From Octopus sinensis (Eukaryota), in assembly GCF_006345805.1 (NCBI RefSeq), contig NC_043001.1:68944001-69008000 (forward strand): 64,000 nucleotides of DNA, in the 5' to 3' direction. Every line of letters begins with the position of its first letter. Position 1 is the stretch's first letter. The notes beneath the pieces were generated by a model that saw only the letters and a program-made list of their open reading frames with translations, had not been told where the DNA came from and searched no databases. This document shows positions 1-12,731 of the stretch, piece by piece. Both the position numbers and the translations under genes were made by a program.

Positions 1-272
1 AGATTATTATCAATAATAATTATGATGATAACGAGAATGATAATGATAATATTTTCGAATTTCCTAACAAGCACAGTAATTTGAGGGGTGGGACTCAGTC
101 GATTACATCGACTCCAGTACTTGACTGATATTGTTATCGATCCCAAATGGAGGAAAAGCCAAGTAGATTTTGGAGGAATTTGAACTCAGAACTTTTATCT
201 GGAAGAAATACCACTATGCATTTTGTCCGGCACAGTAACGACTCTGATAGGTTGCCGCCTTAAACCATAATC

Positions 273-330
<58 letters not shown>

Positions 331-1379
331 TAATAATAATAATAAAAAAACAACAACAACGATAATAACAATAATAATAATAAAAGTAATTGATACTTGT
401 GTAACTATGTAGCATATTGCCAGGTGTTATCAAAATTATGTTAATTGTTAAAATGAAATAGACAAATAATCGAAACTATACATTAAAAAATTTAAAAAAA
501 CTAAGTTGAGCCCTGTCTGTTGCTAGCATTTGGACCCTCTATCCAGTTTGAGGAAATATTCAACCTTACCTCTCCCCAGTCTGGAAGGCCCTACAAGAGA
601 CATGGGTAGCGCTTTCCATTCTGACTAAAGGATAAAAGAAATGTACACCGAATATAGACAAATAAAGGTATATCAAATATATAAAACACAAAGCGTGGCT
701 TTATGAAAATTATTTCCCCCTTTAGATAATGTTTCATAATTACCAGCTGGCAATTAAGACTTCACTCGAGAAAGGGAAATAATCTAAGGTTTAACGTATT
801 TCCTTAGTTGACGTGCCAATAAGTTAAAGAGCGAGTTTATCTGGATTAGATTCTAATCCACGATATAGTGCCTACCACATTTCTCTGATATCTACCATAT
901 TTTAAAATCTTACTCTGCTCTGCAGATCATGCATTTCTCTATAGCTTATATAAAAGTCTTCTATCAAATTTCATTTCGTTCTCTATCGGGTTGTTTTTTT
1001 TTTGTGTACATTGCATCATGTTTTCCATTTTACTTGTATAATTATTGAGGTAAATCTTGCCTGTATTTTAAGAAGCAATATGCTTCACTTTTTTACACAA
1101 CAATACATCACTTCACTGTAAGTCATTCTAGCCAGACTTTTATTTTTTCCTTTCAGTATTTTCTTCGAGAAATACTGCAGTGTTTTTATATATTTTTGCG
1201 GTGTAGGATGACGAAGTTAAAAATGAAGTTGACGACATTACTGCTGCAGCTGGTGCTGATTATGGCGAAGATGATGATGATGATGATATAGATTATATTA
1301 TGCTCCTGATAAATATATTACGTTAAAAAATCATTGTTTGAACAGCCCACAGGAAATATTATTACGTATATTAATTCCA

Positions 1380-1630
<251 letters not shown>

Positions 1631-2251
1631 TTGTATACATACATTGACTTTACTATGTCATGTATTTATCGTATAACTTTGTAGATTTCCTTGTCAGCAA
1701 ATATAGTATTTTTTAACCCTCTCCAAATTATTTTTACAGTTATATTGGAAATTCTGCCTTAGTAATTTTTCTTCAATAAAACCATCGTTTTCTGTTTGCT
1801 TTTTGATTTTCTGTTTTCGTTCTTTCTTTCGATACTAATTGTCTTACTTTACTGTTTCAGAAACGTCAGCAATAACTATTAAATATTTAAAAATTCTCAT
1901 CACTATAGTTCTTAAAGTTGTTACTCTATGAATCTATTGATTCTTTTGTAGTACATGTAGTTATTACGTTGTTACGTTTTTCTTATTGTTGTTTCTAGTG
2001 AAGTAATTCCTGAATAAACGGGTTTCTAAAACGGTGAAAGTATATATTTGAAATTTTTTCTTTACTGAAAAAAAAAGATAAAAAACCAGACAAAGCTTAG
2101 TAGACGCCTTATATATATGTTGTATCCTATTCCTATTTAGATCTACACACAGACGCACAGCCATTCATACACGCACACACGCTTAATTTTTATTCTGTCT
2201 CAGTTTATCTCCCACAAATATATATACATATGTAATATATATATACATATA

Positions 2252-2307
<56 letters not shown>

Positions 2308-4527
2308 TATATATATACATGCATGTATGTATACATATATGTATATATATATATATATATAACATATACGTGTATATATATATGTGCGTGTGTATGTGTG
2401 TAATATATAAATATATATTAGTAGCGCTTAAATACAGGCATCGTACCCTTTAAGTAAATAACATTTATCTTTCAGCAGATGGAGTAGTTTTTCTTGAATT
2501 ATCTATATATAACATTATATATATATATATATATATATATATACGTATATGTATATATTTATGTATATGTATGTATATACTTACGTACATACATATTTTT
2601 GTGTTTGTGTGTTTCTGTATGTATGTATATATGATGCAATAGAGCGCACGATGCAAATTGCATGTTTAAATACTTATGACTCAATATTAGGTAGACGTGA
2701 TTTTAGTGAAGCAGACAGCCAAAAGTCTGCGTTAAGTTCATAAGTTTCGCGCTCATTTTAACATTTTATAGTTCACTTATTCCGAGTTAGGTGTAATCCC
2801 ACAATGTGGCATTTTCTCACTTATCTAAAAGCCTTCACACTATCTTCCTGTGAGACTCTAATATAATTTCTGACACTTAGCATCGCAGACATAAGATTGT
2901 ATCACAAATTCGGTTTGTGGATTTGTTCTTTTGCAATTTCTTTTGTCACACATTAATGTATATTTGAGACCATAATATGTCCCACCTTCAATATTATTCT
3001 TTATTTTAAACGCGACAGCTCTAAGGAATTCTTGCTTTCAAATAATGCACTGATTTTCCACCTTTCCCAGTAGACATAACACCCTATTAAAGCTAGCCAT
3101 GGAATGATTCTATATTATTTCGCCCTGACTCAATGTTTGAAAGGGGAATACGACAGCCGTGATATGTCAGTTTAGAACGCATTTTAATACAAAAAAATTC
3201 ATTTTTTTAAATATCAAAATAGATGAAATCACTCTCAACTAAGATTCCGCCTTGGGCGAACAGATTTTGTGATAGCAATATTTATTTGAATGGATGGATC
3301 TAATCACTATATCTAAAACCTTTGCCAAACTATGAACAATAGGTACACAATACAATTAACATCGACTTTAACCTGCCTATAATAATGAACTGAATTCCTC
3401 ATATTATTTTCAATAATTCAGTGGAAAGCAACCCGGGCTTCAATTACAAAACCAGAAGATACATACCGACAAACATGAATTCCCTCTGTTCATAACGTCT
3501 CAATAAAGAAATCTAATTGCTTCCTTTCTTTTAGAGAGGATAGCAATATTTATTTATTCTATTGAACAAATGATGACAAACCTCGCTTACATCGACAATA
3601 TATATGATGTCAAATAGTATACGTGGATTGACGTATATCCATAAGTATGTACAATGAGCGCTTAGATCGGTTTCCCACTAAAAATACGACTTGAGGTGTT
3701 GAAATTGCTTATTCAATGCGGCTAGAAGATAAGTGGCGACAAAAGTTTTGCTTCTCTGTCTTTAAGAAGTCACTGGACCAATAACAGCCAACACGCAAAT
3801 CTGTAGCAAACGATATCACACTCCCTTAGAAAAGGAAAGTACACTGAATGTAATTCTACATACTATATATACAAAGCAGTGGAGTGTCTATGAATGGAAC
3901 ATATTTTATCAGAGATCTACCATACGTAGGGTTACAAAATGAAATTGTTTAATGTGAAACAAAGGAATTCTCTGTGTATTGGTTTTATCTGTTACTAACA
4001 ACAACAGTCAACATCTGTCTAAATAATCCCCTTACGTCTTAGAAAATTTCACAAATATTTTACTGAAGTGGATTCTGTAACAATTTACTTGAAATGTGAA
4101 AGAGAAGGCTGCCGGTATAACGCGAGCCTATACTTATAAAATGCTACATAAGCCATATGTATCAACATTGCTGAACATACACAATGATGCAATGCAGAAT
4201 ATATTGCATGTCTGAGAGTACCTAATCTTTCTAAATTCTATTTTGGTACATAGACATAGACAGGTAGTAGATATTCTGTGCCTTTATGTGTGTATGTTTA
4301 GTTTGATGTGTAGGTGTGTGTATAATTAGTTCAACTATTCTAAACGATAAATGTATGAAAATCTACATGTATCTCAATCTATATTTGTAATCCATTTCAC
4401 ACCGCCAGGACTCGCACCGTAAGAAGCACCTGCACGTACACCGTCACATACACGTGCACACATACATATTGATCCACACTCTACATACCGCACGCACATT
4501 AGAATATACATTCTATATGTAAGTATA

Positions 4528-4620
4528 TGGCGTAGTGGTTAAGAGCGCAGGCTAAGGCGTAGTGGTTAAGAGCGTGGGCTAATAACCCCAAGATTCCGAG
4601 TTCGATTCCAGTCAGTGACT

Positions 4621-4660
<40 letters not shown>

Positions 4661-4745
4661 ATGAACTTCCAACTTATTGTCTCTTGAGGTCCCTGGGTGA
4701 GACTTGGAGCCACCTTGTGCAAATGTAACGCAAAAGTCAAACATA

Positions 4746-4813
<68 letters not shown>

Positions 4814-5006
4814 TTAACAATAATAATAATAATAATAATAAAAACTTTAAAAATACAAAAAAAATACCTGAGGAATGAGAACCCAGGTTCAAAATTTCCT
4901 CAAGACATCTGATGAAGGCTGGAGGGTATATCAACCGAAACGTTGTGTTAACAACAAACAAGATGAGGACAAATATCCGTCAAATCTAAATAATGTAAAT
5001 AATGTA
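4528..5006 (+). mobile_element. tRNA-headed SINE-like element (A box TGGCGTAGTGG, B box GTTCGATTC) + (AAT)n + hammerhead-containing body
   Basis: Head 4556-4622 with a duplicated 5' 27 nt, AAT tracts, and a body shared with the copy at 52230-52470. Confidence 0.8.
4904..4949 (+). ncRNA. Minimal type I hammerhead motif in the SINE body
   Basis: GACAU-CUGAUGA-A-GGCUG...CAACC-GAAA-CG-UU^GUGUU: palindromic ACGU stem III, extra A after A9. Confidence 0.65.
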
Positions 5007-7157
5007 TCTATGTTTGTGTGTCAGTGTTTGTCACCCCAACATCGCTTGACAACCGATGCTGGTGTGCTTACGTTCCCGTAGCTAGCTTTTCGGCAAAAGT
5101 GAGCGATAAAATAAGTACTAGGCTTACAAAGAATAAGTCCTGGGATCAACTTGACTGCATTACCGCAGTCAAATGACTGAAACAAATAAAAGAATAAAAG
5201 AATAACAGAATAATATAGCATATAGCATGCCAATACCAGTTATTGATATCATTTAAACTGACCGATTGCAATATTTGCATGAAAATATGTTAGAACTGTT
5301 TAATATCGCCCACATTTTTCGTGTTGTAATTAAGAATTCTATTTCCATAGAAAATGTTTACTATAATGATTTTCTTTCATTTATTCGATTTTGACATTAA
5401 TCGATAGACATTGAATAATAAATAATGTCACTTCAATCGTTAAACTTAGAAAATTCAGCTTTAAATACCAAGTGCCCGAAAGAAATTATTGATCGAACAC
5501 TTCACTCCGTTATGATATACAACATAGACATTGTGTTAGTATATCGATAATTTACACAAGTTAGTATGTATAGAAAATTTATAAAAACAATAGTAGACTA
5601 AGATATCTCTAAAATACACAGATTTCTACTAATCTATCTGAAATATTTATTTCACTGTTAAAATATGAAATGCGTTTCCTTTGCAAATTCTTGTAATTTT
5701 AAACGGACACGCGGACCATAGTGTAAATATCTAGTGGGTACTCGATCTGTTAACACAGAAAGGATAAATCTGTCAAGTGATACCCAAGAATTCTATATAC
5801 CGAGACTGCCGCTTGCTTTATTTCTCATAACTTGTGGGTTGGTTCTCAGCTCTCCTGACTGTTTCTTATCTTGTACCATTCCTCTATTTCTAGTTATTTT
5901 ACGCCCTTCCATCATGGGTTTAATCCTCATTGCCTTTGAAATGGACTTTAAACTCCATGACAAGGAAAGATTTTGTCACGACACATCGTACCGTTATTTC
6001 AGTGTTTTCCTTCCTTATTGAAATATAGCTGAGAACACGAGTTCATTCAAATACTCTAAACTTGGCATGCATCAATAGTAATATTCAAAACTTTCGGAAG
6101 AGCTTTCTCTTTGTTTACGCTTTTTCATTGTCATGTCTGAACCTACTTTCAGTAAACAATTTGGCATTGCTTGGTGTTCCTTCTCGTTATGTTGTCACAG
6201 TTCCCCTGTCTCTCATTATAAATAATTTTAATATAATGTATATATTTGAGCGTCACAATGAGTGAATAATGTGGTACAACTTCCTCTCATCTCCTAACAA
6301 ATTCATCGTAATACTACTCCTAAATTTTCTCTTCCTCTTCTCCTCCTGACAATTTTACCTCTAATATTCTTCCCTTTTATTTTCTTTGATTCTATTTATT
6401 GACGGGCACAATATATTTATCTATCTATTTACTATTGACATAGTAAATGACTCCATCCTTATATTCACGAAGACCTTTACCTAGTCAGCTTCAATCTAAC
6501 CAAAATGTTTTTTCTCTACTTTTATCCCTCTCCTTTCTTTATTCTTATTTTTTTCTTAACAACATTAGACATATGCCCGCTCGCAAGTTTCTTCATGCAT
6601 GTTCTTCTTCGATCAAACCTCGTCAAGGTCAATTTGGGATCCCTTGACGAGAAAGTGACCTTCATTTAACTAAGGTATCTTCGGCTTGATGATTATCTAG
6701 TGGAGTACCCCTCCTTCAGTAATTATATCTTTCAAAGTTCTGCCAGCTAGGAAACATATGTAACCCGGATTTTACCTCCACCAGTCCTTCAATTTGGGGA
6801 CACACACACATACATTTACACATATATGAATATACATATATACGAATAGACACACACACACACACATATATATGTGTGTGGATATCATTCTTTTATGCAT
6901 TCAACCCAAGTATGTGTCCATAATGCTGGGAAACAACAATTATGTTCCCCTTTGAATTTCTTGTCGTAACGTAGGCTTATCTGTGAACTTGGACAGTAGA
7001 ACGTCAAATTGTTTCTTGAAAAATATATATCTCCATTCAATGTAGATCTCTCAGTCTGTTTGGCAATATAATAAATAGTTGTGGGCCCTTGAATCCTAAG
7101 CTATTGCAGATATCGTCCTCACTCAAGAATGGATGGGTAGGACCTGTGTAAATACAG

Positions 7158-7215
<58 letters not shown>

Positions 7216-7275
7216 TATCGGAAATATTAAATTTCTAAATATCTCATAGAGATATGTACATTGGGGGGGGGGCGA

Positions 7276-7409
7276 AGAGTAGCAGAAGCCTGCTAGCTGC
7301 AGATATCTGTCTCGACTTGGTGATCAGTGAATAAACTTCACTGATAATTATATATATATATTTACGAAGTCGAGACAGATATCTGCAGCTAGCAGGCTTC
7401 TGCTACTCT
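7276..7409. repeat. Perfect 43-bp inverted repeat with 48-bp spacer (spacer holds a 9-bp hairpin)
   Basis: 7276-7318 is the exact reverse complement of 7367-7409. Confidence 0.95.
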
Positions 7410-7453
7410 AGACCGATGATGGGCAAAGACCCTGAAACATGCGTGTCTCTAGA
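7407..7453 (+). ncRNA. Type I hammerhead-like motif with CCGAUGA core
   Basis: UCUAGA-CCGAUGA-UGGG CAAAGA CCCU-GAAA-CAUGCGUG-UC^UCUAGA: 6-bp stem I, GUC triplet, U-U mismatch at the base of stem II. Confidence 0.55.
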
Positions 7454-7607
7454 TGCAGGCCTAGCTGTTGGGGGTATTTGTCTCCCCTTCGTAAATATAT
7501 AAGAACACAGGAAATGTGTCGAAGACGACAGGAAGCGTCGATGCTTCCTAGGGCTAAACAGCGGTGGTGTAATCCCCTACTGTCACGTTAAAATGACAGT
7601 ATACAAC

Positions 7608-7638
<31 letters not shown>

Positions 7639-8911
7639 CGAGGGGCGTTCAATAAGTAATGCCCCTGACCCACTTCCCCTACCAGTAGAGCAATGGACTT
7701 GGCACAGTCTTTTTCTACATAGGAACCACTCAGAGTTAGGCATTTCCCCCATCGTTTGATCCAGCTCTGGAGACCGTTTTTGTAAAAGACTCCAGCTTGG
7801 TCCTCCATCCACGACGTGACTTTAGAAATCAAGGCTGCATCATCTGGGAAATGCTTTCCTTTCAAAAACAACTTCATGGCTGGGAAGAGGTAAAAATCAG
7901 AGGGTGCAATGTCAGGAGAGTAGGGGATGGAGGAGGAGTTCATAGCCGCACGCCTGTGCTTCTGATCTGGCGACACGCGAGTTGTGAACCGGAGCGTTGT
8001 CCTGCAGGAGGAGGATACCTTCGCTGATCTTGCCCCGCCTTTTGATTTTGATAGCTTCTCTTAATTTCCTCAAAAGTGAAGCATAATAGGCACCTGTAAT
8101 TGTGGTACCCTTTGCCAGGAAATCTGTCATCACTACTCCGTCCTGGTCCCAGAAGACTGTGAGCATGACCTTGCCAGCAGAGGGCTGCACCCTTGTCTTC
8201 TTTGGAGGAGGTGAGTCACGGTGCTTCCACTGCATTGACTGGGCTTTGGTCTCTGGATCATAGTGATGAACCCAGGTTTCATCCTGTGTAATCAGTATTT
8301 TGAAAAAGTTTGACTCATCTTGGTACGTCTCGAAATTCATCCTCGAGCATTCGACGCGTTCTTGCTTCTGGAAAAGTGTGAGCAGCCTAGGAATCCATCT
8401 GACAGACAACTTTTGGATATGCAAATGGTCATGAATGATAGTTTCCACTGACCCGGTACTAATCTTGACCTCATTTGGCGAATAATTATGCGTCGATCTT
8501 CCAAAATGGCAGCCTCAACTTGACGGACAGATGCCTCATCAATGGCAGAAGTGGGGCGACCAGATCTGGTAGCTGTTTCCACAGAGTTCCGACCATGTTT
8601 GAATTCAAGATGCCAGCGTTTTACAAGGTCATATGATGGGGCATCATCACCATAAGTTACTTTCATTTCATCAAAAGTCTCCCGTGGTGTGCGTCCTTTC
8701 AAATACAAAAACCGGATCACTGCTCGACACTCAACAGGCTCCATTTCACACTTGATTCAGTTCAAACACCTGTAGATCAGAAACCATAAGCAGTTGAGAG
8801 CTGTAATTTGCCACCTAATCTATAAAGATATAAGTAATTGCACATGCAAAATTTCAACTAGATCAAACACCTGAAAGTGGGTCAGAGGCATTACTTATTG
8901 AACGTCCCACG
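7639..8911 (-). mobile_element. Near full-length mariner (DD34D, Himar1/irritans-like) transposon, 1273 bp, frameshifted
   Basis: About 37-bp TIRs (CGAGGGGCGTTCAATAAGTAATGCCCCTGACCCACTT and imperfect reverse complement ending at 8911) flanked by TA. Three overlapping ORFs give MEPVECRAVIRFLYLKG, WIPRLL, ITQDETWVHHY, LLQDNAPVH and PYSPDIAPSDFYLF. Confidence 0.95.
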
Positions 8912-9764
8912 TATATATATATATCTATATATATCGTTAACATGAAAACACAAAGAGAAAACACAGAAAAAGGAAAGGTCAAAGGAAGGGAAGACGGTGA
9001 AAGACAATCGCAAACGATATACATACGGTCACATATTGAAATTACCGGAAGGGAATGGGTGAAGAAAAAGTTCTTTCAAAGACAGGAGATTGCAAGGGAA
9101 GGAGGTATGTGTGTGTATGTGTGTGCGCGTATGTCTAGGTGTGTGTGTAATGATAGCACGTGTGTGTATGTGTGTGTGTGTGTGTGTGTGCGTGTGTCGT
9201 TGTGGCCTTTTATCTATGTGTGTGGTTGGGCTTAGTATCGTTTAAGGTCATAGGAAGAATTTATAGTAAAAATTTTGGTAGGAGTGGCTGCCTGTTGTGT
9301 CTATCAACACATGTGCGTAGGTGAATGGTCAGTAGAAGGTACTGGTAGTTTGATGTGTATGTATATGTAGTGTGTGTTTGTATTTTGTTTGCAGTGTGTG
9401 TGTGTACATATATATGTATGTGTGTATTCGTGTGTGTGTGCGTGTGTGCTTGTATGTACGTATGTGTGTACATGTATGTATAATTGTGTGCGTGTGTATT
9501 TTGTGTGTGTGCATGTGCATCTATATATATAGATATGTGTGTGTGTATGTATATATGTATATATACGTGCAGGCGTGGCAGTGTGGTGAGAAACTTGTTT
9601 CACATCCACATGTTTCCTAGTTCAGTTTCACCGCATGACACCTTGAGAAGGCGTCTTCCCCTATAGCCTCGGACACACCATAGCCTTGTGACTGGATTAG
9701 GTAGATGGAAATTGAAAAAAACCTCTCTCTCTCTCCCCTCTCTCTCACTCTCTCTCACTCTCTC

Positions 9765-9813
<49 letters not shown>

Positions 9814-11630
9814 GCGTGTATGTCTTTGCGTCAGTGTTTGTCACCCCGTTGCATGGCCACCGGTGTTGGGGCCCTTACGTCCCCATAACTTAGCCGTTCG
9901 GCAATATAGCCGATGAAATATGTTGCAGATTGAAAATATTTAAGATAAGTACTTAGTTCGATTAATTCAACAGACGTTCTTCAAGCCAATGCCCTAACAT
10001 GGCCTCTCTCTGATGACCGAAAGAAGTAATAGCTAAAAGACAAACCATAAAAGATAAAATATATTTTTTCTTTGATAGCTTCCGCTCGATACCTGCGGCT
10101 ATACTGGAGCATCACCGTTAAAAACAGGTAATGAGTGTACATGTATATTTAAAGAACTATTGCCCTTTTATCAGCGCCACATCCATCCCATACATACATA
10201 CATACATACATACATACATACATACATACATACATACATACATACATACATACATGCATACATACATCATATTGAACCGTTAATACCTACTTTTTTCCTC
10301 TCTCCGTTATTTTTTCTCTTCATATTTTCTGTCGAAGAGCCTGGAGCCACAAAGACTTTTCCATTCTTTCCGAGCGTTAAACTAATATACCTGCTTGTTG
10401 CTCCGTCACTTCTCTTTGTCGTTTGTTTTCTGTAAATTTGAACTATACATACATTCATCCATCCATCCATCCATCCATCCATCCATCCATCCATCCATCC
10501 ATCCATCCATCTATCCATCCATCCATCCATCCATCCATCCATCCATCCATACATACATACATACATACATACATACATACATACATACATCCATTACACA
10601 TCTGTAACTATGGTATCACTTGATATCATAGTTTTATCATTATAGCTATGCCCAAATGAATATTCACTCGATTTGTATGATTGTGAATGTTTGCTGGATG
10701 AGCCAACATGCAGTTTATTTTGGATAAAGATTTTCCAAAATTATACGTCGAAATGTAGAGAGATTTATGGAAATTATTTTGGCACATTGTAATGGTAATG
10801 CTGAGAACAAATCATCCCGGAAGTGTTGGAATCGTATATGAGCCACATTATAAAATCTCGATAGATGGAAGTAAGATACACCCCCGATTCTGGAATATAG
10901 TAGGTGTTTGAAATAACGTTTAAATGTAACTAACCTTGAGGAAACCTCCACTAAGTCTTCTATCATTGTAAGTCTTGCACAAGTTAGTGGAACTTTGAGT
11001 AGGGTATGATAAAGCAGAAGGAATTATTTATTAGCAAGATTATTTTCTTATGTTGACAATGTTAGAAGGAATATATAGTAGAGTGATTAAATGGATTTTC
11101 TGAATGAATAAAGCTGCAAGTGTTCAGGCTATAAAATTTCACTTCATGTTGAAGTGAAATTTCATAAAAGTTTTGCTCTTACTTAAGATCTTAGTTTCCT
11201 GACTGCTTTCTCTTGGGAAAATAGGCTATTTCCTCTCAACAGTCATTTGAGGCTATCTAGAACTGTAGGAGGCAAACGCTATAGCTTATACAGACCTGTT
11301 ATGCCAAATGCTTTGATTCCATATTTAAGTTGAAAGTATTATTCGAAAATATTTAAATATAAAGATCATAAAATAAAATGAATTTCTTAGTGCGTAGAAT
11401 AAAATTAATCCTAGAAATGGTAATGTATGTGGATTTATTGGAGAAATTGAGTGAATCTACGAACACCGGATCCGAAATGCAGGGATTAATAAATTAATAT
11501 TACAATACATTTATGGCCAGGCAGACATTGAAAACAAGTGATTACTGAATTCGAAATATTCCTCAGGGACAAATTACAATCTACATTAATAGAGGTTACC
11601 GAGAAGGTATATAGTAATCATCCACCCTTT

Positions 11631-11679
<49 letters not shown>

Positions 11680-11693
11680 TATTTGTCTGTCTG

Positions 11694-11816
<123 letters not shown>

Positions 11817-11897
11817 ATATATATATATATATATGTATGTATGCGTGTGTGTGTATGTATGTATGTATGCATACACATACACACATATATGTATGTA

Positions 11898-12731
11898 CGA
11901 GGTCTGTCTAATAAATATCCGGACTGTTGCCATAGTAACGAAGCTGAAGCACGCAGAATAAAGTTGCTTGGCACATATTGACCCTGAATACTGCTGTGCA
12001 TGCGCACTAAGATTCAACGTTCTAGCTCACTTTCACAGTTTACAGTAGTGTTTGGAGTGAAGATGTGTAGCCTGTGATTGTCACATTGACTATGATATAG
12101 AAAGTTGAGTAGATAATCTACATCAAATTTTTCAAAAATGCAAGTTTTCAAAAAAGTTTCCACAGTTCTTGACACAATCTTCTTGGTCAGCTGAAAGCCT
12201 TTTTGGCACAAGCTTGCCAGACACGTGTCTCATACCCTAAGCTACTGTGATAATGGACTGAACAGAACCGTATCTAATCTGCACATCCTCTGCTAACACA
12301 CGGATGGTGATTCGACGATTTCCCCTCACAGCTGAACGCAGATCTGCAATGTTTTTCTCAGTTCTGCTGGTTGCGGACCTCCCAGAACGTTCGTCACTAT
12401 CGACATTTTTTAGCCATCTTGGAAACGTCTGAACCATTCATACACTTGTGTGCGGCTCATACGCTCGTCTCCATACACTTTCTGCAACTTTACGTAGGCT
12501 TCTGAGCAGGTATCGATATGACAACTTTCTCTGTCTTTGTCAAAGCAACGATCACACGCTACACACGTTCCTTCCAAGCACTGCTGTAAACAGAGGAAGT
12601 GAGGCAGAACGTTAAATATTAGTGTGCATGCACATCAGAGTTCAAGATCAATCCTTCCCGAACAGCTTTACTCTGCATACTTTTGCTTCGTTAGAATGGC
12701 AACAATCCGGATACTTATTGATTATACCTTG
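11898..12731. mobile_element. Non-autonomous mariner derivative built from two 5' ends (about 210-bp imperfect inverted arms)
   Basis: TA-CGAGGTCTG...ATCCGGACTGTTGCC left end matches the reverse complement of the right end. The minus strand encodes a mariner HTH remnant (YVKLQKVYGDERMSRTQVYEWFRRFQDG...RSGR...RRITIR). Confidence 0.8.

Noticed and set aside
4556-4622. tRNA gene (also 52400-52470, 52535-52600, 62660-62727)
   Set aside because: A and B boxes are present but there is no complete cloverleaf or acceptor stem, and each continues into a repeat body. These are SINE heads.
10010-10030. CTGATGACCGAAAG
   Set aside because: There is no room for stem II and no stem I/III pairing. It lies in a diverged SINE tail, so it is coincidental.
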